From an uncultured delta proteobacterium (GTDB taxonomy: Bacteria; Desulfobacterota; Binatia; JACPRU01): a stretch of DNA of 64,000 nucleotides. Below are positions 20,029-30,632 of the stretch, in pieces (within the stretch, counting starts at the first letter, position 1; each line of letters begins with the position of its first letter). The position numbers were made by a program, and so were the translations under genes. The notes below the pieces were generated by a model that was not told the DNA's origin, did not search any database, and was given only the letters and a program-made list of their open reading frames with translations. The stretch is taken from assembly GCA_963745025.1 (NCBI GenBank), contig CAVUWD010000008.1, positions 32,001 to 96,000 of the forward strand, in the 5' to 3' direction.

Positions 20029-20628
20029 GTGCGCGTCGATCGGCCCGCGGTCGCGCCGGCCGCGGGCACCCGCCCCTCCGCTTCCTTCGTCGAGCCGGAG
20101 ACGCTTGGCCGCATGCAGGGGCGGCGCCTGTTCGTGGCGGAGCGCGCGGACGAGCCGGTCGCGTTCTGCGTGCTTTCGCCGGTGCCGCGACGGAACGGCT
20201 GGCTCGCCGAACAGATTGTCCGCGGGCGACGCGCGCCGAACGGCACGGCGGAGCTGCTCGTGGATGCGGCGCTCCGGGCTGTCGCTGCGGAAGACGCAAC
20301 GTTCTTCACGCTCGGTGGTGCCTTCCTCTCGAAGCGCGCAGACGCCACGCAGCCGCCACCCGGCTGGCTCCGCCTCGCCTTCTTCTGGCTCCGCCGGCAC
20401 GGGAAGCGCTTCTACAACACCGGCGGCCTCGAGGCCTTCAAGGCCAAGTTCCGGCCGATCGCTTGGGAGCCGCTATACCTTGTGGCGAACGAACGCCGCA
20501 TGCGCCCGAGCGTCGTCTACGCCGCCGCGGCGGCGTTCACCGGCGGGTCACCGGCGCTCGTCGGCGCGCGCGGGATCGCGCGCGCGGCGCGGATCGAGCT
20601 CGGCTGGGCGCTCCGCGGCCGGTACTGA
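20029..20628 (+). pseudogene. 5'-truncated phosphatidylglycerol lysyltransferase domain (DUF2156-like)
   Basis: RRLFVAER..PVAF..SP, APNGTAELLVDAA, RFYN..GLEAFKAKFRP..WEPLYL; no RBS/N-terminus. Confidence 0.75.
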
Positions 20629-20718
20629 CGACGCCGGCGGCGACGATTCGGGCCCACGAACGCTGTGGTTCGTCAAGTGCGCCTCGACGCTGATAACCGA
20701 TCGGCTGGAAAACATTAG

Positions 20719-21903
20719 CTAGAACCTGTAGTCGGGCAGCTTGACGTCGTCGCGCACTGTGCAACCGATGAAAAGATCGGCGATGAAAGGAATCCGCAAT
20801 AGTCGGCTGACAAGGTTGCGGAACGCGATGCCGAAGGCCCTCCTCGGCGCGAACGAGGAAGCGAATCTCACTGCCGACTCCTGCTTGCGCTTCAGAAACG
20901 GCATCATCCGCTCCTGATAGCGGGCGAAGGCTGCGATGTGATCGTCCCCGCAGCCGTGCAGTTCGCCTGCGAGAACATAAGCCTCGGCCATGGCAAGCCC
21001 AGTCCCTTCGCCGGCAACGAGGGAGACGCAGGCTGCAGCATCGCCGATCAGTGCTGTGCGGCCTTTTGTCCAGCAGTCCATGCGGATCTGGCTGACACGG
21101 TCGAAATAGACGCCTCTGGCATCGTCCATTGCCGCGAGAATCCGGGCGCATTCCCAGCCGACATCGGCAAAGACGTTTGTCAGCACCGATTTGCATTCCT
21201 GCTCGCTCGATGGACTTTCGGCGGTCAGGTACTCGTCGCGGAAGACGAAAAGAAACAGCGTCATGTCATCGCGCAAGGACAATCGCAAAATTTGTCTTCC
21301 CGGAACCGCGTGGCCGACAGCTACGAACTCATCGCGTGGCCGGTAACCGTCGACCTCGAACGCGGCGACGTGATAGCCGAGCGAGACTTCGAACTCTGAT
21401 TCAGGCCCGAACACTAGTCGGCGAACACGCGAATGCAACCCGTCCGCTCCAATGACCAGATCGACCTCGCGCGGAGCGGCATGATCGAAGTCAACCCGAA
21501 CGCGATTGCCCTCATCCTCGATCCTCGCTACGGAGTCGCCGAAAATCGTCTCGACCTGTCCGTCCAGCGCATCGTAGATCGTGGCGGCAAGGTCGGAGCG
21601 CCGCAGCTCGGTGAAGCGGCCGTTCGTCATACGGTGGAAGACGTCAACCGAGAAGCCGCCGCTCTTGCGGCCATGCCGGTTGACGTAGCGCACCTCCCTG
21701 ACCTGATAGCCCACCTCTCTGATTCGGGGGAGTAGACCCATCTTCTCGGCGATGTCGTAGCCGACCCCCCAGAAATCGATGGCATAGCCGCCGCTGCGAA
21801 GCTGTGGCGACTCTTCGATGAGCAGCACCTCATGACCGGATTCCCGCAGCCAGTATGCGAGTGTCGGACCGGCGATGCCGGCCCCGTTGATGGCAATTCT
21901 CAT
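20719..21903 (-). CDS. FAD-dependent monooxygenase
   Basis: MRIAINGAGIAG, DLVIGADGLHS, ALIGDAA..GEGTGLA. Confidence 0.92.
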   Translation of the reverse strand: MRIAINGAGIAGPTLAYWLRESGHEVLLIEESPQLRSGGYAIDFWGVGYDIAEKMGLLPRIREVGYQVREVRYVNRHGRKSGGFSVDVFHRMTNGRFTELRRSDLAATIYDALDGQVETIFGDSVARIEDEGNRVRVDFDHAAPREVDLVIGADGLHSRVRRLVFGPESEFEVSLGYHVAAFEVDGYRPRDEFVAVGHAVPGRQILRLSLRDDMTLFLFVFRDEYLTAESPSSEQECKSVLTNVFADVGWECARILAAMDDARGVYFDRVSQIRMDCWTKGRTALIGDAAACVSLVAGEGTGLAMAEAYVLAGELHGCGDDHIAAFARYQERMMPFLKRKQESAVRFASSFAPRRAFGIAFRNLVSRLLRIPFIADLFIGCTVRDDVKLPDYRF

Positions 21904-22052
21904 GTACGCCCAGTCAGCCCGACTCCAAATTGACCTCAGATGTGCAACCATCGCGTAGAAGATGCAGTCCGAATATCATTCCATTCGTTCTCCTCACCGG
22001 CCTTGATCGTTCGGCGAGAGCAAGCGGACGCCCCTGCGGTTCGCACTCTCAG

Positions 22053-23870
22053 CTAACCATGAGAGCGGGCGTGCGCGGGCCCTTCTGACTTCGTAAGGTT
22101 CATCGCGGTGTTGATCAATGCCACGTGCGTGAAAGCCTGCGGGTAGTTCCCGAGTAGCCGCCGTTCCTCGGGGCTGTATTCTTCGGCAAGCAGGCCGACG
22201 TCGCTGCGCAAGGAGAGGAGTCGCTCGAAGAGCTCGATCGCGCGCGGACGGCGCCCCTGCAGCACGTAGTTGTCGACCAGCCAGAAACTGCACGGCAGGA
22301 ACACTCCGTCGCCCGGAGGCAGCCCGTCGGCGCTGCCTCCCGGGGAATACCGCAAGACCAGATCGTCGCGCAGCAGTTGGCTCTCAATCGCCTGCACGGT
22401 TCCCTTCACGCGGCGGTCGGTGGCGGGCAGGAACCCCACCAGTGGGAGCATCAGAAGGCTCGCGTCGATCTCCGCAGATCCGAAAGATTGTGTGAACGTG
22501 TTACGCTCGGCATCATATCCGGAGCGACAGATTTCCTCGTGCATCTGCGCGCGGACCTTGCGCCAATGAACCGCGGATCCCTTGAGGCCGTATCTTTCCA
22601 CGGCCTTGACCGCGCGATCGACGGCGACCCACGCCATCACTTTGGAATGAGTGAACTGACGGCGCCCTCCACGCATTTCCCAGATGCCCTCGTCGGGCTG
22701 CCGCCAACGAGCGATAACGTGGCGCACGACCGCACGCTCGAATTCCCAGGCTGCCCTTTCGGGCTCGATGCCTGACTGCCGTGCGGTGTGCATGCAGTCT
22801 AGCAGTTCGCCGTAGACGTCGAGCTGAAACTGTTCGACGGCGGCATTACCGATCCGCACCGGCCGAGACCGTTCGTATCCAGGCAGCCAGTCGAGGCAGA
22901 CCTCGGAAAGGCGGCGCTCTCCGCTCGGACCGTAGAGGGTTTGCAGCTCGGCGGGATCACCGGCGGCCGCGCGCAGAAGCCAGTCGCGCCAGGCGCGCGC
23001 CTCGTCGACGAATCCCGTCCGCATCAAGGCGTAGAGCGCGAACGTCGCATCGCGAATCCAGCAGAAACGATAGTCCCAGTTACGCACCCCGCCGAGCCTC
23101 TCCGGAAGGGAGGTTGTCGGCGCCGCAACCAAGCCACCCGTCGGCGCGTAGGTGAGAGCCTTCAGCGTGATCAGCGACCGAAGCACAGCTTCCCGCCAGG
23201 GACCTCCGTAAGTGCAGCTAGCCGACCAAGAACGCCACCACGTCTCGGTGTCTGTGAGAGTTGCCATCACGTCGATGGGAGGCGGTGGGGGCTCGTGCGA
23301 GGGATACCACGCGAGCACGAAGGGTATGCGTTCCCCAGCTCCGACCGTGAACTCCGCGACGGTGGTCATGCCTCTACCTTGAATCGGCGTGGGCGTCCTC
23401 AAGCAAAGGGCATCCGGTCCACCGACGGCCGTGAGTGCTCCACCGATGCGCCGAACCCACGGCAAGATCGAGCCGTAGTCGAGGCGCATGATTAGCTCCA
23501 TCGACATCGGCACACGCCCGCGAACGCCTTCGACAATGCGTATCACCTCGGGGAGGTGGTTTCGGGGAGACATGCAGTCGATGACGCGAACGATGCCGCC
23601 TCCGGACTCGAATTCCGTTTCAAGAACCAGCGTGTCACCGCGATAGCGCCGCCGGCTCGGACGATGCTCTACGGCAGGCGCCAACTTCCAACGGCCGTGC
23701 CGCGGCTCGCCGAGAAGCGCCGCGAAGCATGCTCCGGAGTCGAAACGAGGGAGGCAGAGCCAGTCGATCGACCCGTCTTTCCCGACCAGCGCGGCGCCGT
23801 GGGTGTCCCCGATCAACGCATAATCCTCGATGCGCAGCGCCACTCGATGACTCCTCTTCTCCGCGGCCAA
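22053..23870 (-). CDS. Glycoside hydrolase family 15 (trehalase/glucoamylase-like)
   Basis: IEDYALIGD, AAPTTSLPE..GG.RNWDYR, QLDVYGE, GIWE, GLLAEE, GNYPQAFTH. Confidence 0.95.
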   Translation of the reverse strand: MAAEKRSHRVALRIEDYALIGDTHGAALVGKDGSIDWLCLPRFDSGACFAALLGEPRHGRWKLAPAVEHRPSRRRYRGDTLVLETEFESGGGIVRVIDCMSPRNHLPEVIRIVEGVRGRVPMSMELIMRLDYGSILPWVRRIGGALTAVGGPDALCLRTPTPIQGRGMTTVAEFTVGAGERIPFVLAWYPSHEPPPPPIDVMATLTDTETWWRSWSASCTYGGPWREAVLRSLITLKALTYAPTGGLVAAPTTSLPERLGGVRNWDYRFCWIRDATFALYALMRTGFVDEARAWRDWLLRAAAGDPAELQTLYGPSGERRLSEVCLDWLPGYERSRPVRIGNAAVEQFQLDVYGELLDCMHTARQSGIEPERAAWEFERAVVRHVIARWRQPDEGIWEMRGGRRQFTHSKVMAWVAVDRAVKAVERYGLKGSAVHWRKVRAQMHEEICRSGYDAERNTFTQSFGSAEIDASLLMLPLVGFLPATDRRVKGTVQAIESQLLRDDLVLRYSPGGSADGLPPGDGVFLPCSFWLVDNYVLQGRRPRAIELFERLLSLRSDVGLLAEEYSPEERRLLGNYPQAFTHVALINTAMNLTKSEGPAHARSHG

Positions 23871-23919
23871 GCTTTTTGGCTACGAAACGCCTCGTTCAGA
23901 CCCGGGCCAGAGGCAGCTT

Positions 23920-24288
23920 TCAGGTCGACTCGCTCACCCAGGCCAGCGCCAAGGCCAACTCTGCGTTCCGGTGAACGCGCACGCGTCCCGGCATCGTCAC
24001 GCCGATAAGCCGGCAGACACCGCGCACCCATTCGAGGTCCGATACGATGGCGATGCGTTCCCAGGCGCCGAAGTGTGAAAGACCGACCTTCGTGTCGTCC
24101 CACAGGGCGGCCGCGTCGAATCCGGCGAAGTCCGCACCCAAGTGGTACAGAACGCGGAGCTTCTCGTGCCTCGCAAGCTTCGACTCAACGGCCGGGATGA
24201 TGACCGACTCGTAGTCGGAGCCCGTGATGACACCTTTGCCGCGAATCGCAAGGACTTTGTCGGGCATACCTTCGATCAGCTCCACCAT
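23920..24288 (-). CDS. STAS/SEC14 (SpoIIAA-like) domain protein
   Basis: VLAIRGKG.IT..DY, GFDAAALWDD.K.G, ERIAIVSD..W. Confidence 0.85.
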   Translation of the reverse strand: MVELIEGMPDKVLAIRGKGVITGSDYESVIIPAVESKLARHEKLRVLYHLGADFAGFDAAALWDDTKVGLSHFGAWERIAIVSDLEWVRGVCRLIGVTMPGRVRVHRNAELALALAWVSEST

Positions 24289-24317
24289 GACCTGTAGCTC
24301 ACCGATCGTACGCGCGG

Positions 24318-25139
24318 CTATTTCGCCGACCACAGCGAGCTGGAGATGACATTGGGGAGCTTCTTGGGATCGAAGACGTCGTCGGGGACCTGGACATCGT
24401 AGTGCAGGTCGTCGACTTTGTAGTCGCTCCAGTCCTTGGATTGCACGTCGTCGACGCGCACGTGCATCGGCGTCGGCACCGCGTCTACGATCGCCACGTC
24501 TTCGTAGACCTGTTTTCGCCACAGGGCGTTGCCGGCGTCATAGTGGTCGCGTTCCAGTGGCAGATCAGAATCTACGGCGATCCAATCGACGATCCGGCTG
24601 TAGTACCACGCTTGTCGCGGCTTCTCCTCGAGCTCGTATGCCTGCGTTCCTCCGTGTTCCTTCGTGCCGAGGAGCTTCAGCGACTTCTCATGGATTTCCA
24701 ACAGTCCCATGTCCGCATAGGTGAAGTCTGAATTGAGAAACGGCTCGAAGGAGCCGAGCCCCGAGATCCTGCGCACGCGGCGAAGGGCGGGAAGGTACAG
24801 ATACTGCTCGTGGGACTTCCCTTCATGCTCGACCACCAGGAAGGCCACGCCTTTCAGCGTGTCGGGACTCATCACAACGGTGACACTACGTTGGCCGCCG
24901 GGAAAGACCTTGCGGGCCTGTCGCGCCACCATCTGCGTGTTCTCGCCGAAGTCCGCGGAGTGGAAAGTAAGGGTCAGCGTACGAATGCTCGGCTTGGCCG
25001 GTTCCAGTGCGGCCTTCATCGTCTTCAAGATCGTCGCTCCGTCCGGCGCCGCCGCCCGCACGTGGCCTACGCACGCCAGCAGCAGCGCCATTGCCAAAAC
25101 CAACCAAAGCTGGCCTTTCGACGATGGTGGCTTGATCAT
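24318..25139 (-). CDS. Outer-membrane lipoprotein-sorting protein (LolA-like)
   Basis: Signal peptide; P..LKG.AFL, QYLYLPALRRVRRIS, FLNSDFTYADM. Confidence 0.85.
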   Translation of the reverse strand: MIKPPSSKGQLWLVLAMALLLACVGHVRAAAPDGATILKTMKAALEPAKPSIRTLTLTFHSADFGENTQMVARQARKVFPGGQRSVTVVMSPDTLKGVAFLVVEHEGKSHEQYLYLPALRRVRRISGLGSFEPFLNSDFTYADMGLLEIHEKSLKLLGTKEHGGTQAYELEEKPRQAWYYSRIVDWIAVDSDLPLERDHYDAGNALWRKQVYEDVAIVDAVPTPMHVRVDDVQSKDWSDYKVDDLHYDVQVPDDVFDPKKLPNVISSSLWSAK

Positions 25140-25806
25140 TCCTCGTCCTCCTTCTCGGCTCTGCGCCTGTTCGGGGCTCGTCGGTAATCGTCAGAGCGAA
25201 TAGGCTCTCCTCCGACACTGGGTCCGTGAATTCCAGGACGAGCTCTGTGAAGTTGCTGGATACCACTCCCGCGACGACCTTCGCTCCCGGCGGGGGCGTG
25301 AAGTCGGTCCCCTTCCTAGTCGCACTCGGACGCGATGCGACATCTGCTGACTCATGGCAGAGCCGCTTCGGACGGCGGACCGGCGCAGAACCGAGGGGCG
25401 CGCCCCAAGAGCTGGCGCTACGGGTAAGAATAAGAACGCCCAGTTTGCACGCTCGGCGACCGGCGCGACCAAGGCGTGCTGATCGATCGGCTTGGTGAGC
25501 CGCACTCCTCAGCCGGCCCCGAGAGTGATCTTTTGATTGTGGAAGTCTGCGCGGTCGGCAACCACAGGGAAAGAAGCAAACCGCGCGTGCGGTTCGAGGG
25601 TCGCCTTGGTGTGGCAGCCGCGCTCAAAATAATGCGCCCAGTTACGGGGATTTTTTGCGGTAGCTCGGCGGTATGAGAATGCGTCACGCAAGTTCTCCAA
25701 TCGTTGGGACGAAACATACTTACCGCGGATTCAAACGATCGAGTCCCAACGCCTCTTTTTTTGGTGGCCACGAAGCTCCTGATCTTCGAACGATGGAAAT
25801 CACTAG

Positions 25807-25826
25807 ATAGTTGGTAGTCAAACGAT
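25807..25826. promoter_or_regulatory. Possible MarR operator
   Basis: ATAGTT-N8-AACGAT imperfect palindrome in an AT-rich patch ~120 bp upstream of marR. Confidence 0.4.
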
Positions 25827-25942
25827 ATTGTGTTTCAATGGGCGACGATGCTTCGCACGGATGATTTCGTTAGGTTTCACAAGCCCAGGACGCGACTATG
25901 GCCGCTCGACCGCGCGTAGAGCGAAGGCAGAACTGGGTAGGC

Positions 25943-26482
25943 ATGAGGACCTCCGACGACTTCGGGCACGAAGCAGTGATCGCTGCTCTCGGCCCGGCAC
26001 TTCAGTTCATGAGACTCCTCTGGGCGGTCGATCATGCGCTGCAAAGGGCGTCCAAGCGCATGGCGAGATCACTCGGAGTCACGGGACCTCAGCGGCTTGT
26101 CATCCGCATCATCGGTCGGTCTCCAGGGATTTCGGCCGGTTTGCTTGCGAAGATTCTGCATGTCCATCCGAGCACGCTGACGGGAATCCTCGAACGCCTG
26201 GAAGGCCACGCGCTCGTCCGTCGGCGCCATGATTCCGCTGACGGTCGGCGGGTACTTCTCTCCCTGACGCCAAAAGGCCGCAATTTCGATGTCGCGGCCA
26301 GCGGCACGATCGAAGCTGCCGTGGCACGAGCACTCCGGAGAGTACCGGCCACCGAGGTCGTGATCGTTCGGGAGTTCATGGCTGGCCTGGCCCAAGCGCT
26401 GCAGGAAAATCGTCCGGGTTTGCGCCGACGGGCGAGGAGGTCGGCGGCGTTACGACACGCGGCTTCGAGAACCGAGACGTAG
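25943..26482 (+). CDS. MarR family transcriptional regulator
   Basis: GVTGPQRLVI, HPSTLTGILERLE, DGRRVLLSLT.KG. Confidence 0.9.
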   Translation: MRTSDDFGHEAVIAALGPALQFMRLLWAVDHALQRASKRMARSLGVTGPQRLVIRIIGRSPGISAGLLAKILHVHPSTLTGILERLEGHALVRRRHDSADGRRVLLSLTPKGRNFDVAASGTIEAAVARALRRVPATEVVIVREFMAGLAQALQENRPGLRRRARRSAALRHAASRTET

Positions 26483-26505
26483 CAAATCCCCAGATTGCGA
26501 CACCC

Positions 26506-28101
26506 TTGAGCACCCCCGAGAAATCGAGAGTAGTTCAGCGCGAGCTCAAAAGCTTCTTACGCTCCCACGAGCAGCGCCGCCGACAGCTTCCCCGAGCGCT
26601 GCTCGTCGGACTTTTCGCGGGCCTGGTTGCGGTCGCGTTTCGCGCCACGCTCACGGAAGTCGAAGCGCTTCGCGACCGGATCGTCGAGTACTCGCGTTTG
26701 CATTGGGCCTGGTGCTTCGGTTTGCCCCCCTTGATGGGAGCGCTCGGTGCCGCCGTCGCGGTCGGCCTGACGAGGCGCTTTGCTCCCGAAGCTTCGGGAA
26801 GCGGTATTCCACACGTCAAAGCCGTTCTGCACGGGCTCCGTGACTTACGCTGGGCGCGCGTGATCCTGGTCAAGTTCGTAGGAGGGATCTCGGGCATCGG
26901 TGGAGGTCTGGCCCTCGGTCGAGAAGGTCCAACGATTCAAATGGGCGCCGCCGTCGGAAAGATGGTGAGCGGATGGTTTTCCTCGACTCCGCGCGAGCGA
27001 CGCACGCTGATCGCTGCGGGTTCCGGGGCTGGTCTGGCCGCTGCCTTCAACGCGCCCGTCTCCGGGTTGATCTTCGTTCTCGAGGAGATGGAGCGCAACT
27101 TTTCTCAAGGCGTGTTCGCAGTCACCCTGATTGCCTCGGCGGTTGCAGACGTGACGACGCGCCTACTTCTTGGCCAGCTCCCCGTGTTCCACGTCGAGGT
27201 AGCCTCGATCCCCTCGCTGACCGCGCTACCAGTAGCCCTGGTTCTCGGAGCAATCGCTGGCGTCCTCGGAGTCGCCTTCAATCGCGGATTGGTATGGAGC
27301 CTGTCGAGCTTCGAACGCCTAGGGCACCTGCCCCCCGCTGTGGTCGGTGCGCTTGTCGGCTCGGTCGTCGGCGTCGTCGCTCTCGTCGCTCCTGGCTCGG
27401 TCGGCGGCGGTAACCGACTTATCGAACGCATCTTGGCCGGAGAAGTTCCTCTGTACGCCCTCATCGGCTTCTTCGTCCTTCGCTTCGCTCTGACGATGGC
27501 CAGCTATGGCTGCGGTGCGCCGGGGGGAATTTTCGCTCCGTTGCTCGTGCTCGGCTCGGCGATCGGTCTGGCGGTCGGAGGAGTCGCTGCAGGTCTCTTC
27601 CCTCAAGCGGTGGAGCATCCCGAGTCGTTTGCCGTCGTCGGCATGGCTGCATACTTTTCCGCCATCGTTCGCGCGCCGCTGACGGGAATCGTGCTGATCG
27701 TCGAAATGACCGGCAACTACTCGCTGGTGCTCCCCCTTCTCGTCGCCTGTCTCGTTGCCTATGGGGTCGCCGATCTCCTTGGTGACCGACCGGTTTACGA
27801 AGCGTTGCTCGAGCGGGACCTTCTGCGGGAGGAGCCTGCTAGCGGTGATGCGAACGGCACGATGTTGCTCGACCTCACCATTGCGCCTGGTGCGCGGTTT
27901 GCGGGGAAGCGGGTGCGTGAGCTCGGGCTGCCGGCCGGCTGCATTCTGATCCTGGTCAGACACGGGATTCACGAGCAGGTTCCGACGGCGGAATCCGTGT
28001 TGAATGCAGGCGACCACATTACCGCTCTCATCAGCGGTGAAGCCTCGACAGCAATCGTCGCGCTTCGGGAAGGAGCGGGCATCGACTCTGTGGTTCTATA
28101 A
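26506..28101 (+). CDS. clcA: ClC H+/Cl- antiporter with C-terminal TrkA-C (RCK_C) domain
   Basis: GSGIP, GREGP, AAFNAP, LEE, GIFAP, PVY; tail GKRVRELGLP..VP....L.AGD. Confidence 0.92.
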   Translation: MSTPEKSRVVQRELKSFLRSHEQRRRQLPRALLVGLFAGLVAVAFRATLTEVEALRDRIVEYSRLHWAWCFGLPPLMGALGAAVAVGLTRRFAPEASGSGIPHVKAVLHGLRDLRWARVILVKFVGGISGIGGGLALGREGPTIQMGAAVGKMVSGWFSSTPRERRTLIAAGSGAGLAAAFNAPVSGLIFVLEEMERNFSQGVFAVTLIASAVADVTTRLLLGQLPVFHVEVASIPSLTALPVALVLGAIAGVLGVAFNRGLVWSLSSFERLGHLPPAVVGALVGSVVGVVALVAPGSVGGGNRLIERILAGEVPLYALIGFFVLRFALTMASYGCGAPGGIFAPLLVLGSAIGLAVGGVAAGLFPQAVEHPESFAVVGMAAYFSAIVRAPLTGIVLIVEMTGNYSLVLPLLVACLVAYGVADLLGDRPVYEALLERDLLREEPASGDANGTMLLDLTIAPGARFAGKRVRELGLPAGCILILVRHGIHEQVPTAESVLNAGDHITALISGEASTAIVALREGAGIDSVVL

Positions 28102-28153
28102 TCTCGCTGTTTTCTACGCATTGGCTCGGGAATACCGCCTACGATGGAACGTG

Positions 28154-28830
28154 ATGAAGATGCGCAATCTCGCCGATCTCGATCTCCACATCGCTCGCGC
28201 GCGCATCTTCCTTTCACTTGCCACGCTGAGCTCAATCTACGTCGACCCGAACGTTCCCGACATGGACCCCATAGATCCGATTGACGGGCGATCCGATGCG
28301 CATTCGACCGCTACGCACTGGCGGCGTTGTGCACTCATCTGGCGTACAGCGGGGTCATGCACGCAACCGGGAGCTATCGTCCCTTCGGCCGGCGGCTGCG
28401 AATCACATCGACTGTCCTGGACATCTTCTTGGCGGTCGTCATCGCAGTCTTCACCGAGGGGAGGACGAGTCCGTCCTTCGTGTTCTTCGTCTTCGCGATC
28501 ATCGCCACAGCCTGCCGCGAAAGGTTTCAAGCGACGATCACTCTCACGGCGTGCAGCGCGATCCTCTCTGGCCCTGATCATCACATCGTCGCGCGGCGCC
28601 ACCCAGAGCGTCTATCTGATGCGCCCGATCTATCTCGCGATCGCCGGATACCTGATCAGCTCCCTAGGCGAGCAGCGCGTGGCGTTCGAAACCCGAGTTC
28701 GCGACCTCGAAAGCCGCTCACAGCGGCTAGCCATTGCCCGCTCATTGCACGACGGGTTCATACAGTCGCTCGCCGCGGTGAAGCCTCGTCTCGAGACTTG
28801 CAAGCAGTGGCTCTCCGAGGGGCTATGCGC
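28154..28830 (+). pseudogene. Truncated, frameshifted sensor histidine kinase (paralog of 53783-54898)
   Basis: Near-identical translated blocks (LADLDL.IARARIFLS, TEGRTSPSFVFF, RSLHDGFIQSL); ends before the HATPase domain. Confidence 0.85.
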
Positions 28831-29160
28831 TCACATGGTTTCTCATCAACGACCTGGTGAACATCGAGGTTTACCGCATGATGCATCTGGGGACGGCACG
28901 CCATCAACGCCACTTGGCCAGAGTCAACGCCAGGCTTCATCCGGCCGCAGTCAAGGCGGTGGCTCCATCCACCAGCTAAGGAGGCGGACCTGACGCTGGA
29001 GCTCGATTCATAGGAAGAAACCCATGAAGGCGTCCAGTTCACCGCTTCCCGTACCGCACGCCTAATAAAACAGTGGAGAGGCGGTGAACCGTCGCTTCAA
29101 CCGCACGTCCGCCGGCCGGTGCCTGGGTCAAACATCCAAGCCATAGGAGAAGCCGCAACG

Positions 29161-30039
29161 ATGAATTACGGCAAGAGATTCGTCGTCGAGCCCGGCGCCA
29201 AGGTCAGGCTCAGCAGGATTGACCCGAAATTCAAAGACAAGCACCACGAATCGCACGACAGTGCGACGCCGGAGACCCAGAAACACGTCGAGCGCATGGC
29301 CAAAGCGCAGTATCTGCTGTACGCCGACGGCAGCCAGTCACTGCTGGTCGTCTTGCAGGCGCTCGACGCCGGCGGCAAGGATGGCGTGGTGCGCCATGTG
29401 TTCAGCGCCATGAACCCGCAAGGGACGTCGGTCGTTAGCTTCAAGCAGCCGAGTAAGTTAGAAGCGGCACACGACTTCCTCTGGCGCGCCCACCGGCACA
29501 CGCCGGGCAACGGGGAAGTCGTGGTCTTCAACCGGTCGCACTATGAGGACGTGCTGGTGGTGCGCGTGCACAAGTTAGTGCCGAAGGTGGTGTGGTCGAA
29601 ACGCTACGAGCTGATCAACGACTTCGAAAAGATACTCCATGATAACGGCACGCGCATTCTCAAGTTCTATCTCCACATCAGCCCGGAGGAGCAGCTCGAA
29701 CGCTTCAAACAGCGGCTCGATGACCCGATGCGGCACTGGAAGATCAGCGAGGCCGACTACTCGGAACGCAAGCTGTGGCCGGACTATATGGAAGCGTACG
29801 AGGACGCCATGGAAAAGACGAGCACCAAGCACGCCCCGTGGTATGTAATCCCGTCCAACCACAAGTGGTTCCGCAATCTGGTGATCTCGGAGATCCTGGC
29901 CAACACCATGGAAGACATGGGCCTGAAGCTGCCTCCGTCGCAGGTGGACATTGGGGACATTCGTCGCAAGTATCATACTGCGGCGGCGCGGCAGGCGCGG
30001 CGAGGCCACAAGCCGCCGAAGGCATCGCGCAAGAAGTAA
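29161..30039 (+). CDS. ppk2: Polyphosphate kinase 2 family (class III-like)
   Basis: QALDAGGKDG, FKQPS, HDFLWR, FNRSHYEDVL, APWYVIP. Confidence 0.93.
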   Translation: MNYGKRFVVEPGAKVRLSRIDPKFKDKHHESHDSATPETQKHVERMAKAQYLLYADGSQSLLVVLQALDAGGKDGVVRHVFSAMNPQGTSVVSFKQPSKLEAAHDFLWRAHRHTPGNGEVVVFNRSHYEDVLVVRVHKLVPKVVWSKRYELINDFEKILHDNGTRILKFYLHISPEEQLERFKQRLDDPMRHWKISEADYSERKLWPDYMEAYEDAMEKTSTKHAPWYVIPSNHKWFRNLVISEILANTMEDMGLKLPPSQVDIGDIRRKYHTAAARQARRGHKPPKASRKK

Positions 30040-30135
30040 GCGCGCCTCAACCCAGCGAACTAGTCGACGTGGCGCTCCGGAAAGCCGCCAGGATAGCGAA
30101 CGCGAACGCCTGGATTTCTGACGCGTTGAAACACG

Positions 30136-30498
30136 GTGGACGCGGGCGGAAAGCGCCCCCTCTTCATGGGAGCCTTGCGCGCTCAGGACTTCGATGCTCT
30201 GGCGCTCACCGCAGACACCTGGATCGGGGCCCATGGCGATCTGCGCAGAATCGTGATCCACCCCCGCGAGTTTCCCGGCTGGGAGAACCCTGGGGCTTCC
30301 TCCGGTACGTGCGGTTTGCGCGATCATCATCGGAGGGTCCGGAGAATCGCCCTGGCGGCGGACAGCAAATTGGCCAGCCTGGCCTCCCGCGTCGGCGAGC
30401 ACTTCGTTCAGGCCGAGGTGAGGACCTTCGGATACGACGATCTCGCGAATGCGGTCGCGTGGGCGGGAGATGCGACCGCGCAGAGCGCAAGGCCCTGA
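30136..30498 (+). pseudogene. Degraded STAS/SEC14 (SpoIIAA-like) gene
   Basis: DF..L...D, FPGWE, RDHHRRVRRIALAAD, AEVRTF...L..A.AW. Confidence 0.65.
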
Positions 30499-30632
30499 AC
30501 GGCTGAGATACCATGCTGCCATGCATCTCCGTTCATCGATTTTACTCGCCACTCTTTGGGGGTAACCGTCTTCCCCGCCGGCACACGGACATCATTGGAA
30601 TTGTTTTCACTTCATGATTTGACGCTGCTCAC

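Noticed and set aside
25780-28101. Fluoride riboswitch or CLC-F fluoride exporter
   Set aside because: ClC has GSGIP/GREGP/Y chloride-type motifs rather than GNNLI/GREGT, and no crcB-motif match upstream
29058-29115. Integron attC site
   Set aside because: GCCTAAT and GTCCGCC deviate from RYYYAAC/GTTRRRY, there is one copy only, and no IntI gene
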